NCBI GenBank assembly: GCA_047602425.1
Contig: JASGHG010000001.1
Location: forward strand, 3,968,001 to 4,032,000
Length of the DNA: 64,000 nucleotides
From: Nibricoccus sp.
GTDB taxonomy: Bacteria; Verrucomicrobiota; Verrucomicrobiia; Opitutales; Opitutaceae
Direction of reading: 5' to 3'
Positions 8,779 to 18,620 of the stretch are shown here, in pieces (position 1 is the stretch's first letter; each line of letters starts with the position of its first letter). Under the pieces are notes generated by a model. The model was not told where the DNA came from. It did not search any database and saw nothing but the letters and a program-made list of their open reading frames with translations. The position numbers and the translations under genes were made by a program.

Positions 8779-10371
8779 TTAAAACGGAAAATCGCCGGAC
8801 TGGGTTGGGGCAGACGCTTTCTTTTCGATAAGTTTTTGGGCGGTGGCGTGGACCTCGCGGCCGGTGACGAGGATGGCTTTCACGGGCTTAACCGGACAGG
8901 CGTATTCGCAGGCGCCGCAGCCTATGCATAGATTTTGATCCAAGGTCGGGATTCGGAGATTTTCCCGATACGGCTTGGTTGTGACGGCTTTGGTCGGACA
9001 ATGTTCCGAGCAGGCGGCGCAATCGGTGCCATTGACCTGGACGACGCAGCGAGAGAGGTAGAGGTCGGCGACGCCGATTTGAGTCACGGATTTTTTTGCG
9101 AGATCGAGCGGGGCGATTGCACCGTCGGGACAAACTTCGCCGCAGCGCGTACACTCAAAAAGACAGTACGAGGTGGAGTACTTGAGCTGGGGTTTGAACA
9201 AACCTTCGAGACCAAATTCGAGCAGCGACGGTTGAAGCACGTGAGTTGGGCAGGCGCTGATGCAGAGATGGCATGCGGTGCAACGGTCGAGGAATTGCTC
9301 GACGCTATGTGCTCCGGGCGGACAGATGGCGCGGCTTGCGGCGCCTTGCTTGACGAGCGTGGGCGTATCGTTAGTGGTGGCGGTCGTTTCGGCGCGGGCG
9401 AGCGTCAACAACGCTGAGGAGGCCGTCAGGCCACCGGCGACGGTGGCGAGGAAATTGCGACGTTGCGGATCGGACTCCGCGAGCGAATCGCGCGAAGCCT
9501 CAGCTGTTTTTCTCCAGCTGAAACGATAGTTGATGCCCTGTTCGTCGCAGGCGCCAATACAGTTATAACAGGCGATGCAGCGCGACGCGTCGACGGTTCC
9601 GGCGCGGAGATCGATGCACTGGGCTTTGCAACTGCGCAGGCAATCGCCGCATTTGGTGCAGGCGGCTTTGTCGATGCCGATGCGAAAGGCCGCGAAGCGC
9701 GAGAGAACTCCGAGCGCCGTGCCAACGGGGCAAACGGTATTGCAGTACAGTCGGCCGCGCAGGGCGGATATAACAACGACGACCGTAAAAAAAAGCGCGG
9801 GTAAAAGCAGCAGGCCGGCTCCAGCCCAGGAAGGCTCGACGCGGTAGAAATTTTGAAGGCCCGCGGCGTTGGCGAGGCCGACGACGGAATTGTTGGCGAC
9901 GGTCAGAAGCGGCCGTGCGAGCGTGGAAACGATGCGACCGAAGTTGCTGTAAGGGTCGAGGAGCGCGAGGGCGAAGCCGCCCCAGCCGCCGAGAGCGGCC
10001 GAAACCGTTCCCCAGAGGAAAACCTGCCGGAGCTTCGTGAACGGTTTGGCAAAGGGCAGGAATTTTTTCTTCCTACGGACCCAGCGGCTCACACGTGCGA
10101 TGATATCTTGCAGGATGCCCAGCGGGCAGATTGCGGAACAATAAACGCGGCCGATTGCGAGCGCGAGGAGCAGACTCAGGCCGAAAACGATTGCGCCGGT
10201 CGCGCTTCCGACGAGCAGACTGACAAGGCCGGGAGCGAACTGGGCTTGGGCGAGCGTGTGACCAAGCCAGGGTGGGGAGAACCCACGAAAATCGACAAAG
10301 CCCAGGGTGAGCCCCGTGAAAGTAAGAAGGGCGAGGGCGACGCGCGCGGTTTTTAGAAAGTTGCGCGGCAC
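8779..10371 (-). CDS. Membrane-bound multi-4Fe-4S protein (NapH/MauN-like + NapF/MauM-like fusion)
   Basis: TM helices, GRVYCSAICPLG, GRLYCNTVCPVG, several CxxCxxCxxxC(P) motifs; GTG start 4 nt after the upstream stop. Confidence 0.85.
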   Translation of the reverse strand: MPRNFLKTARVALALLTFTGLTLGFVDFRGFSPPWLGHTLAQAQFAPGLVSLLVGSATGAIVFGLSLLLALAIGRVYCSAICPLGILQDIIARVSRWVRRKKKFLPFAKPFTKLRQVFLWGTVSAALGGWGGFALALLDPYSNFGRIVSTLARPLLTVANNSVVGLANAAGLQNFYRVEPSWAGAGLLLLPALFFTVVVVISALRGRLYCNTVCPVGTALGVLSRFAAFRIGIDKAACTKCGDCLRSCKAQCIDLRAGTVDASRCIACYNCIGACDEQGINYRFSWRKTAEASRDSLAESDPQRRNFLATVAGGLTASSALLTLARAETTATTNDTPTLVKQGAASRAICPPGAHSVEQFLDRCTACHLCISACPTHVLQPSLLEFGLEGLFKPQLKYSTSYCLFECTRCGEVCPDGAIAPLDLAKKSVTQIGVADLYLSRCVVQVNGTDCAACSEHCPTKAVTTKPYRENLRIPTLDQNLCIGCGACEYACPVKPVKAILVTGREVHATAQKLIEKKASAPTQSGDFPF

Positions 10372-10375
10372 GGAA

Positions 10376-11356
10376 TCACGCGAGTTTGTGACGGCGGACG
10401 TCGATGTTTTCGAGGTCCATGCGGCCAAGCTTCATTTCGTGCCCGATTTTTACATGGGTGATTTTTTCAGGCGCATGCCCAAGCAGGCGGGCGGCGGCGG
10501 CATCGACGGTGACGATGTCGGTCGAAGCGAGAAGGGCGCGCATTTCGACGCAGTCTTCGACGCTTTTGCCGCGCGGACCGTTGCGCACCATAGGGTGGTA
10601 GGCATCGATGACGTTGAGCGCAGGTTTTTTGAGTGTGAGAAGATCCGCGATGCACTGATGGAGGTCTGTGCGGTGCCAAATACCACGATCCCAAACGATG
10701 CCCATGAGGTTTTTCATGCACGCCGTCATTTCGGTGGAATGGTGGTGTTTCAGGACAGGGGCATTGATGAAAACATCGCTATCGAGGATGAGCGAGTGAA
10801 CCTTGGCCTTTTTGAGTTTCACGCCATTGGGAATTTCGACTTCACGGTAAAGCGTTTCATCCTTGCCATTCACGACGATGGCACCGGCGTCCTTCGCGGC
10901 TTTTTCGATTCCGCTGTTCACATAGGTTTCGCGCCACTGGTCGCAGGTGTTGTCGAAGATGCTGACGGATTTCGCGCCGGCGGCCAGGCAGAGCGAAACG
11001 AGATGGCCAACGATCGCCGGGTGGGTGTTGGCACCGCGTTCGGGCACGGCATTCCAGCCGATGTTGGGTTTGATAACTACGGTCTGGCCGGGTTTGACGA
11101 AGGTTTTGATGCCCCCGAGTTCCTCCAAGGCCTTGTCGAGCATGGTCACGCGGTCGCCGTCGCGAATGGCAGCGAGTATGGATTTTGGAGCGTCGGCAGC
11201 ATCGCCAACGGGTTTGGCAGGTGAGGTCGGGATATCGGTTGCCGGTGCGGTTGGTTCTTTGGAAACGGTTGCGAAAAGCGAATTCAGGTTGGCGGCGAGG
11301 GAAAGCGTAGTGCCGAGGGCGAGGCTGGTTTTGACGAAATCACGGCGGGTTTTCAT
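10376..11356 (-). CDS. DUF362-family protein with twin-arginine signal
   Basis: TRRDFVK Tat motif, VVIKPNIGW, NTHP, PVLKHH, MKNLMG. Confidence 0.85.
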   Translation of the reverse strand: MKTRRDFVKTSLALGTTLSLAANLNSLFATVSKEPTAPATDIPTSPAKPVGDAADAPKSILAAIRDGDRVTMLDKALEELGGIKTFVKPGQTVVIKPNIGWNAVPERGANTHPAIVGHLVSLCLAAGAKSVSIFDNTCDQWRETYVNSGIEKAAKDAGAIVVNGKDETLYREVEIPNGVKLKKAKVHSLILDSDVFINAPVLKHHHSTEMTACMKNLMGIVWDRGIWHRTDLHQCIADLLTLKKPALNVIDAYHPMVRNGPRGKSVEDCVEMRALLASTDIVTVDAAAARLLGHAPEKITHVKIGHEMKLGRMDLENIDVRRHKLA

Positions 11357-11559
11357 AGGGGAACGCAGTTGGTTATTCTCGTGGAGAGAGGGCGATGGGC
11401 GACGGAGAGGCTCCGGGCGGACTGCTGAATGCAGTGCACGTGGAGTTAACTCCTGAGACGCTCAAAACACCCCGCATGTTTTGCCAAAAGCAGAGCGGAA
11501 ATTGGCCGGAAATTTCACGTCGAAAGCGTCGCTGCGCCGGACGTGTTCGCGAATGCTTT

Positions 11560-11805
11560 CTATCGTTCGCGCAACCGCTTTATCTCTTCGAATTGTTTCG
11601 GTGAAATCAGGCGGCGGGGAACGCGGCGTTCGGCCTCGTAGAGCAGCTTGTCCCAATCTTCATCGGTGGGCGGGCCATAGTCTTCCCACGAAGTGTGGTG
11701 GCCTTGCTTTTTGAGCCAGGTGATGTTGCCGCCGTGGACGGAGACGTTGATCTGAAACTTGCCGGTTTCCGGGCGGGTGACCCACCAACCGAATTCGATG
11801 CTCAT
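11560..11805 (-). CDS. Small hypothetical protein
   Basis: MSIEFGWW...ERRVPRRLISPKQF; good coding bias, fills the gap between genes. Confidence 0.7.
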   Translation of the reverse strand: MSIEFGWWVTRPETGKFQINVSVHGGNITWLKKQGHHTSWEDYGPPTDEDWDKLLYEAERRVPRRLISPKQFEEIKRLRER

Positions 11806-11919
11806 GGTGTTTGTTGGGCATAAGGGAAGGTGTGCGGCGGCGCGTCGCAATCTTTTCCCATCGGTTTGAGGAGTTTCGCTTCTTGCCAGCGCGGGCGGAG
11901 GTCATGAGTGTGTCGCCTC

Positions 11920-12420
11920 ATGGCTATCTTCGGCTCCCTCGCAACTGTGCGTGCGCAACTCGCCCACGCCGATCGTTTTCAAGCTACGTTCGCCTATTTG
12001 GACGAATGTTTTCGTCCGGGCACGACGGCTTACCAACGCGTGCGCTCAATCGAGGTGGGCAAACAGGAACGCACCGAACTTGGTGGCGGAGCTTTTGCGC
12101 TCGAACAGGCTTATCAATCGAAGCCGCGCGCCGAGGCGTTTTTCGAATCGCATAAGCAATACATCGACGTGCAGGTGATTGTAGCCGGAGAGGAGTACAT
12201 CGAAGTGGCCGATGTCGCGCAGTTGAAAGTGAAGGAAGACAAAACACCCGCGAAGGACGTGATCATTTACGAAATGGCCGCCATCGGCGCCGCCAGTGCA
12301 GTGCGTTTGGGCGCCGGTGAATCGGCCGTGCTTTTTCCGGTCGACGGACACATGCCCACGGTGGCGATCAAAGCGCCAACACTTATCCGCAAGATCGTGG
12401 TCAAGGTGCCCATCGCCTGA
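11920..12420 (+). CDS. YhcH/YjgK/YiaL (NanQ/TabA-like) family protein
   Basis: FESHKQYIDVQ..GEE, LFPVDGHMP, KIVVKV. Confidence 0.88.
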   Translation: MAIFGSLATVRAQLAHADRFQATFAYLDECFRPGTTAYQRVRSIEVGKQERTELGGGAFALEQAYQSKPRAEAFFESHKQYIDVQVIVAGEEYIEVADVAQLKVKEDKTPAKDVIIYEMAAIGAASAVRLGAGESAVLFPVDGHMPTVAIKAPTLIRKIVVKVPIA

Positions 12421-12435
12421 GAAACGGAAACGTTA

Positions 12436-12527
12436 ACCACGGATTTCATTGATTGGCACGGACTCGATCCACTGCGATGTCGGCTGCTTTTTGCACAAGA
12501 TTTCCGTTATCCGTGTGCATCCGTGGT
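12436..12527. repeat. Intergenic inverted element built from 9-nt subunits
   Basis: ACCACGGATTTCATTGATTGGCACGGA ... TCCGTTATCCGTGTGCATCCGTGGT. Confidence 0.6.
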
Positions 12528-12583
12528 GAAAAAAGTTTGTGGGATCTGAGCGGACATTTGTGGTTTAGTATCACGCTGTCGCC

Positions 12584-13450
12584 ATGAACTATCGCCATCA
12601 TTTCCATGCGGGGAATTTTGCTGACGTGATGAAGCACGCGATCCTCATGCAGTTGGTGCGTGGGATGCAGCGTAAGGAAAAAGGTTTTCTGTTTGTCGAT
12701 ACGCATGCGGGACGCGGCAGTTATGATTTGAGCGAGGCGGCACGTGGCGATTTCTTGGAACGCCGGCCCGAGCATCCCGACGGCATCGGCCGGCTGTGGG
12801 CCCGAGGAGATCTGCCCGCGCCGTTGGCGGAATATTTGTCGTTGGTTCGTGAATACAACCGCGCAAAAGGCGGTTTGGGCGACGAACCGCATTTTTATCC
12901 GGGTTCGCCGCGCCTCGTGCAAACGCTCGCGCGTCCCCAGGACCGGCTGGCGCTGTGCGAAAAGCATCCCGAGGAATTTGCCGCGCTGCGCGACGAGTTC
13001 ACCTTCGGTTTTCGCGTCGCGGCACAGCAGCTTGATGGTTACACCGGTTTGCGCGCCTTGTTGCCACCGCCAGAAAAACGCGCGCTGGTGCTGATCGATC
13101 CGCCGTTTGAGGAACAAAGCGAATTTGCGCAAATCGTCGACGGCTTGCGCGAAGGCTTGCGCCGACTGCCAGGCGGAACATTTGCCGTCTGGTATCCGCT
13201 GACGGAGCGTGCGCGGGTCGATGCGTTTTTTGACGAACTGCTGGCAACGAAGCTGCCACCGACTTTTACCGCCGAACTGACGATCGCGGGCGAAAACGCA
13301 TTGGTGAAAATGAAAGGCTGCGGGCTTTTAGTCGTGAATCCGCCCTGGCAAATCGACCGCGTAGTTGCGCCTTTGTTGCCGCTCCTAGCGGAATTGCTCG
13401 CGCAGGCGCCAGGTGGACGGGGCCGGTTGCAGTGGCTCGTGCCGGAGTGA
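12584..13450 (+). CDS. rlmJ: 23S rRNA (adenine(2030)-N6)-methyltransferase
   Basis: MNYRHHFHAGNFADVMKH, DTHAGRG, YPGSP, LIDPPFE, NPPW. Confidence 0.95.
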   Translation: MNYRHHFHAGNFADVMKHAILMQLVRGMQRKEKGFLFVDTHAGRGSYDLSEAARGDFLERRPEHPDGIGRLWARGDLPAPLAEYLSLVREYNRAKGGLGDEPHFYPGSPRLVQTLARPQDRLALCEKHPEEFAALRDEFTFGFRVAAQQLDGYTGLRALLPPPEKRALVLIDPPFEEQSEFAQIVDGLREGLRRLPGGTFAVWYPLTERARVDAFFDELLATKLPPTFTAELTIAGENALVKMKGCGLLVVNPPWQIDRVVAPLLPLLAELLAQAPGGRGRLQWLVPE

Positions 13451-13504
13451 ACCCTTGTTAAAGATTGCGAGGCGCGCCGGTTCGGCCAAGTTCGTAGATT
13501 CCCT

Positions 13505-14191
13505 ATGAAACTTAAAACTTACCTATCATTGCTAGTTTTGCCGATTTGTGCCTTGAGCATGGTTGCGGCCGACGCCCAGCCGACCGCTGAAGAGGCATCG
13601 AAGGGGCTGAAGGCGGCCATGGGCTCGCTCGTGGATCAGTCCTTGGCGACGGTTTCGGATCCGAAGGCTCTGGAAGGTTTCGCGATCAACCTGCCCGACA
13701 AGTTGAAGAAACTCGAATCGACTTTGCGAACCAGCGGTCAGGGACAATTGGTCGACGATTTTAAAGCGAAATTGAAGAACGCGGCCGTCCAGGTGCTGCC
13801 TCTTTCAAAAGACGCTTTCAAAAGCGAGACGAACGCGGTGACGGCGGACGATCCAATGGCGGTGCTGAAGGCCGCGCCGGACGGCGTGACGAATTTCACG
13901 AAACAGAAAACGCGTCCGCCGATCCTCACGAAGGTGCAACCTTTGATTAACGCGAAGTTCAAGGAGAACGGCGTCGGCGCTGCCTATCAAGCAATGGTCG
14001 CCAAGGCGGGCCCGATGGCTGCCGCGATGTTTGGCAAGGAACCGCCGGCCAACCTGGAGCAGAACGTAACCGAACAGACGGTGGATTTTGTCTACGGCCA
14101 GATGGCCAAGGGCGAAGGCGCCCTGCGTGCCAATCCGGCGATGTCGAAAGACGGGCTCGTGAAGAAGGTCTTCTCGATGGTTAAGAAATAA
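13505..14191 (+). CDS. Exported protein, DUF4197-like
   Basis: Signal peptide; the C-terminal MAKGEGALRANPA...LVKKVF resembles the DUF4197 tail (from recall). Confidence 0.65.
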   Translation: MKLKTYLSLLVLPICALSMVAADAQPTAEEASKGLKAAMGSLVDQSLATVSDPKALEGFAINLPDKLKKLESTLRTSGQGQLVDDFKAKLKNAAVQVLPLSKDAFKSETNAVTADDPMAVLKAAPDGVTNFTKQKTRPPILTKVQPLINAKFKENGVGAAYQAMVAKAGPMAAAMFGKEPPANLEQNVTEQTVDFVYGQMAKGEGALRANPAMSKDGLVKKVFSMVKK

Positions 14192-14228
14192 AAAACGCCC
14201 GACGAAGTCGGACGTGTAAGCCTCTTAC

Positions 14229-14258
14229 CCGCTCACGCTTTGCGAGGGCGGGTTTTTT
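14229..14258 (+). terminator. Probable terminator between convergent ORFs
   Basis: ACCCGCTCACGC-TTT-GCGAGGGCGGGT followed by a T-run. Confidence 0.6.
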
Positions 14259-14457
14259 ATTTGGGCTGCTCGTGCTTCGCGAGGTAACGCGTGGTGAAGG
14301 GCAGTTCGCTCCAGATCTGCGCAGGAGTAGGCAGGGAAGGTGGGCGAAAAACCGGTCGGTTCCACTGCACGTCGTGATTGGCCACATGATTGATATGGGC
14401 CGGGGTACGATCGACGGGCGGGGGAGTAAAAACGGCGGGTGGAACGAAGAGGGACAT
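14257..14457 (-). CDS. Small hypothetical protein (Pro-rich)
   Basis: 66-aa ORF with GC3 bias and an AT-rich upstream region. Confidence 0.45.
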   Translation of the reverse strand: MSLFVPPAVFTPPPVDRTPAHINHVANHDVQWNRPVFRPPSLPTPAQIWSELPFTTRYLAKHEQPK

Positions 14458-14713
14458 GGGGTTCTTACAGGATAGATAACGACACAGCGTACTTATTACT
14501 TAGGAAAAAAAGGCCGCGTGTTACAAAGTTGGATACATTTTTATTTGTCAGGTAAAGGGCTCAATTGTTCGGAAAACCTTGAATAAAAATATTTCATCCC
14601 GGTCATTAACCGTTGCAGGCGGCTCGTTAAATAAAGACGGGACTGCAACGGCCAGACCGGGACGGTAAAGCGGCGGTGCGCGCGTGAACAGGTCAAGCGC
14701 ACACCGGCAAAGC

Positions 14714-15103
14714 TCACGCGACCCGGCGAGCGGGTTCGGCAAGGGACGCCTTTTTGGGCAGCGTCAGTACCAGGCGTCCGTCGACAAGCTCGGCATTGAG
14801 GGCATCGTAATCGAGGCCGTTGCCGAGCCGCAGGCGGAGCTGGTAGTCGCGCTGGGCTTTTTCGAGGTGGAGGGCGGTCCAATTGACGCGCACGAAGTGG
14901 GACTTGCGTGCAATGACCGTCAGGTCCGGGCCGCGCCGGGTGATTTCCACTCCGGCGGCTTCCACGCCCGGCACGAAGACAATCACTTTGAGCGCGTCAA
15001 CATCCTCGATGCACTCGTAGTGCGGCGTGCGCGTCGGCATGGAGGCCGGGGCGGCAGCGGTACGACGGGCGTTGGATTTAAGCGTATTGATGATCGTGTT
15101 CAT
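14714..15103 (-). CDS. Hsp20/alpha-crystallin family protein
   Basis: VPGV..GVEI, A.LVDGRLVLTLPK. Confidence 0.85.
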   Translation of the reverse strand: MNTIINTLKSNARRTAAAPASMPTRTPHYECIEDVDALKVIVFVPGVEAAGVEITRRGPDLTVIARKSHFVRVNWTALHLEKAQRDYQLRLRLGNGLDYDALNAELVDGRLVLTLPKKASLAEPARRVA

Positions 15104-15416
15104 GGGAAAATGGGAAATGCGAAACTCCTCTCGGTGGAGGGGCCGGGCTCTCTTTCTTTTGGCTAAACTTGGTTCCGATTATTCGGAGCGTTTAGGCCTG
15201 AGAGCCCGTGCCGTAATGTTGTTTTTTAGTCCAAACGGATACGACCGGACGCATCGGGACACAGCAATAGGCGACGGCCTTCGTAATCGAAGTGCCGGCG
15301 TGGCTGCGTTGATGTTTAAGATTCCGGTTCATTGGACTGAAGTCGAATGAGCACATAGCAGGCGTCAGGCCAAGTTTATTTTTGGACAAAAATAAACTTT
15401 TACGCAGACTGTGCTC

Positions 15417-15791
15417 ATGCCCTCCCTCACCGACGCCAACACCACCTTTGCCGAATTGAAGAGCCGCGTGCTCGCTTTTGCCCGTGAGCGCGATTGGGAG
15501 CAATTCCATGCGCCCAAGAATCTTAGCATGGCCCTGGCCGCGGAAGCGGGCGAACTGATGGAGCACTTTTTATGGGCCACATCCGATGCTTCGCGGGCGA
15601 CGGCACGCGATCCGGCGAAGCGTCAAAAAATCGAAGAGGAACTCGCGGACGTGGTAATTTATGCACTCGAGTTTGCCAATATGACAGACATCGATGTCGC
15701 AGCCGTGATTGAAAAGAAGATGGCGGCCAACGCGAAAAAGTATCCGGTGGAAAAGGCCAAGGGACGCTCGGACAAGTATACGGAGCTGTGA
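15417..15791 (+). CDS. MazG-like nucleotide pyrophosphohydrolase (dCTP pyrophosphatase type)
   Basis: FARERDWEQFHAPKNL, EAGEL, EELADV, NAKKYP. Confidence 0.9.
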   Translation: MPSLTDANTTFAELKSRVLAFARERDWEQFHAPKNLSMALAAEAGELMEHFLWATSDASRATARDPAKRQKIEEELADVVIYALEFANMTDIDVAAVIEKKMAANAKKYPVEKAKGRSDKYTEL

Positions 15792-16173
15792 AAGCGTGAA
15801 GAACGTCGCTGAATTTTGCCGCGGCTAAGCGAGGCGCGTTTCGATCTGTTTTAACAGAAGAGAACGAAGGTAACGAAGCGCCGCGGATTTTTTAGAGCAC
15901 ATACAATAAAATTGTAGCCGCAAATCGGTGCTATGAATCGAGCTGTCTTCGTAGGGGCGCAGTCTTGCTGCGCCCTTTCTGTGGCAAAGCCAAACCGGGC
16001 TACAGCCGGAGTTGTGCGGCTATGACATTTTTAAAAATGCTCTAGAATCCAATTTCCATTTCGGATCTTTGGTGATGGAAGCCCGGCGTCGGGGAATCGG
16101 TTGCGCTTCGTTTCCTTTGTTGCCCTCTATAAAATAGTTCGGCTCCAGTGGGGCCTGCTGTGGGCAACTTGGA

Positions 16174-16410
16174 TCAATTATTGCATTCGCAATTGTTGCA
16201 GTCGCCGCCGCCGCGGCAACACGAAGCGCGGGGAGGCGGGGCGGATTTTTGGGCGATAAAACCATAACCACCTGCTATCACTCGGCGCACGGGCTCCCCG
16301 GTCTCCGGATGTTTCGTGAGGGGCTTGTCCTTCATGCTCTGCTTGATTTCGAAGCGTTTTGTTTTGGCGCCGGATTTTTTCGGAACGGTTTCGTAGATGT
16401 AGGTGGGCAT
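16174..16410 (-). CDS. FmdB-like zinc-ribbon protein (Cys-less ribbon variant)
   Basis: MPTYIYE...FEIKQSMKDKPLTKHPETG..VRRVI. Confidence 0.75.
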   Translation of the reverse strand: MPTYIYETVPKKSGAKTKRFEIKQSMKDKPLTKHPETGEPVRRVIAGGYGFIAQKSAPPPRASCCRGGGDCNNCECNN

Positions 16411-16423
16411 TTGGCTCTTAAAA

Positions 16424-18175
16424 TTAGTTTGTGGTTCTTTTCAGTCCGGCCAGCACCTCGTCGATGCCGCGCAGCGATAGGGCGGGAAAGAGCGAATTGA
16501 TGCGGGTGATAACCTGCTGGATTATTCCATCGGGGCAGGACGCGCCGCCGGTCAAGAGCACGCGCAGGGGTTGCGCGCCATTGTGTGCAGGAAGTTTGCG
16601 TATCTGAATTTGGTCGTGACCGTGGCCATGCGAGCCTTTCGCCGGGAAAAGGTAGTGTTCCACGCAGTCGGCCGAGCGGATGTTGGCTTCGCCTTGAATA
16701 AAGAAAGCGCGTTCGCCAAGGCGCTGTTCGCACAGTCGATAAAGTTGGTAGGTGTTGGAGGAATTTTTTCCGCCGATCACAAAAGCAAGATCGAGCGGAC
16801 CGGCGAGGGCTTTACTCAGCGCGTCTTGATTGACTTGGGTGGCGTAGCAGAGCGTGTCACGTTTGCCGCCGCCGCCCACGCGCGTGGAGCCTTCGGCTTC
16901 GCCGAGCTTCGCAATGTAAACGCCGCGAAGATGGGTGAGGATCTCGAGCGTTTCGTTCATGAGCAGCGTGGTCTGATTGACGACGGCGATGCGCTCAAGA
17001 TGTCGATTCACGTCGAAGCCGGGCGTGTGTTTCCCGGCGAAGTCTTGATAGAAGCGGGCGCGCACGGACGGATTGTCGCTGGCGATGATTTCGCCAAGCA
17101 GGCGGGCTTCATCCATGTTGCGGACGATCACGGCGTGGGCGTGGCGCCGGGCGTTGGAAAACGTGGCCTTGGTCTCCTCGTGCTCGTGTTTGCCGTGGAT
17201 GACAACGGTGTAGCCCTCCTCGCCGAAGGCGCGGGCGGCTTTCCAGACTTTTTCCACGAGCATGCAAGTGGCATCGTACTGGTAGACGGGCACGCCTTTG
17301 CGCACGAGTCGGCGCTTGTCGTCGTCGGTCGCACCGAACGCGGGAATGATCACGATGTCGTCGGGCGAAAGTTTGTCCCAAAGTAACTGTTCCCCTGGCG
17401 CTCCGGTCGATTTGATACCATCGACGGTGTACGGTGTGCCTTTGTCGGTTTGCAGGTAGCGCAAGCCGCGGCGCAGCAGGTCTTCATTCACAAAAGGATT
17501 GTGGATGAGCTCGCTGAGCATGAAGACGTGGCGGCCCGCGTTTTCGGCGAGGGTTTCGTAGGCGCGTTCGATCGCGTTTTTGACGCCGAGGCAAAACCCG
17601 AAATGGCTGGGAATCACGTACTGCACCGCGCCGAAATCCAGCGAAACCGGCGCGACCGCGGTGCGTTCATGGGTGCGTGCGAGGGCCTTGATGGCTTCGC
17701 AAAGTTTCGACTGATAGAGCGCGTGGGAGGCGGGATCGGCCTGGTAGATGAGCCGGTTGCGTTCGTTGTCGGGACGGAATTTGAAAATGAAATCGTTGTC
17801 GCTGAGATGGAGGTAAGGAATCTCGATCAGATACGGGTCGATCTCGCCGAGGATTTTGGCAAGCAAAGGCGAAAGCGAAGCGGGGTTGGCCTGCAACTGG
17901 TCGAGCGCGGTGAAACGGAGCGACGGGTCAGCGGCCGGTTCTACGACTTGGGAAAAATGAATCCGGTGAACGATGTGGTTGTATTCAACCCGGTAATACT
18001 CGGCGGGCGGCGTGTGAGTTTTGAAAGCCCGGGAAAGATCGCGTGTTGCTGTCTCGAGATCGATTCCATCAAAGGCGACGTCGGCCATTTTCCCGGCAGT
18101 CTGCACCGCGAGTAGATTGCGTGCGTTGAAGGCAAGGATGACGAAGCGTGTGGAAGATGTCGGTTGCGAGACCAT
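16424..18175 (-). CDS. ispH: 4-hydroxy-3-methylbut-2-enyl diphosphate reductase with long N-terminal extension
   Basis: FGFCLGV, LIHNP, DATC, HEET, NQTT, DTLCYATQ, GGKNSSNT, TGGASCP. Confidence 0.92.
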   Translation of the reverse strand: MVSQPTSSTRFVILAFNARNLLAVQTAGKMADVAFDGIDLETATRDLSRAFKTHTPPAEYYRVEYNHIVHRIHFSQVVEPAADPSLRFTALDQLQANPASLSPLLAKILGEIDPYLIEIPYLHLSDNDFIFKFRPDNERNRLIYQADPASHALYQSKLCEAIKALARTHERTAVAPVSLDFGAVQYVIPSHFGFCLGVKNAIERAYETLAENAGRHVFMLSELIHNPFVNEDLLRRGLRYLQTDKGTPYTVDGIKSTGAPGEQLLWDKLSPDDIVIIPAFGATDDDKRRLVRKGVPVYQYDATCMLVEKVWKAARAFGEEGYTVVIHGKHEHEETKATFSNARRHAHAVIVRNMDEARLLGEIIASDNPSVRARFYQDFAGKHTPGFDVNRHLERIAVVNQTTLLMNETLEILTHLRGVYIAKLGEAEGSTRVGGGGKRDTLCYATQVNQDALSKALAGPLDLAFVIGGKNSSNTYQLYRLCEQRLGERAFFIQGEANIRSADCVEHYLFPAKGSHGHGHDQIQIRKLPAHNGAQPLRVLLTGGASCPDGIIQQVITRINSLFPALSLRGIDEVLAGLKRTTN

Positions 18176-18563
18176 GAAGGTGCCAACCAACACGAGCCTG
18201 CCGGGACGGTCAAGCGGAGGGGCGGGGCGGGACGAACGCTCAACGCTGAACATTTAACGCTGAACGCTTAAGTACGGGGCAAGATGGAGGCGGCGCGGGC
18301 CGGAAAGAATCTGTGTTAAATGCAAAGCTCGCGAAGGAAGATACTTCGGAGTCAAAGCGCACCAAAGAAGATCGTGTCCGAGGTGGAACGCGCAGTCCCT
18401 TGCGTGTTGAGCGACGTCGCTTTACATGCAACGTTGCTTTTCGAACCGGCGCGCCGGGGACGTTGCGCTCAACCTTGGCTCCTATAAATCGAATTGGCCG
18501 AAGGTAGGACGTATTGACCTCAACGCGTTGGTTCGGTTTCGAACTTTGGTGCAAGCAGCGATT

Positions 18564-18594
18564 AAACAAAAGCCCCGCGGCTGAGGCGGGACTT
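18564..18594 (-). terminator. Rho-independent terminator of the 18621-18980 gene
   Basis: Minus strand AGTCCCGC-CTCAGCC-GCGGGGCT-TTTGTTT. Confidence 0.75.
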
Positions 18595-18620
18595 GCCGGA
18601 AGGATTGACGTTTCGAGCGT

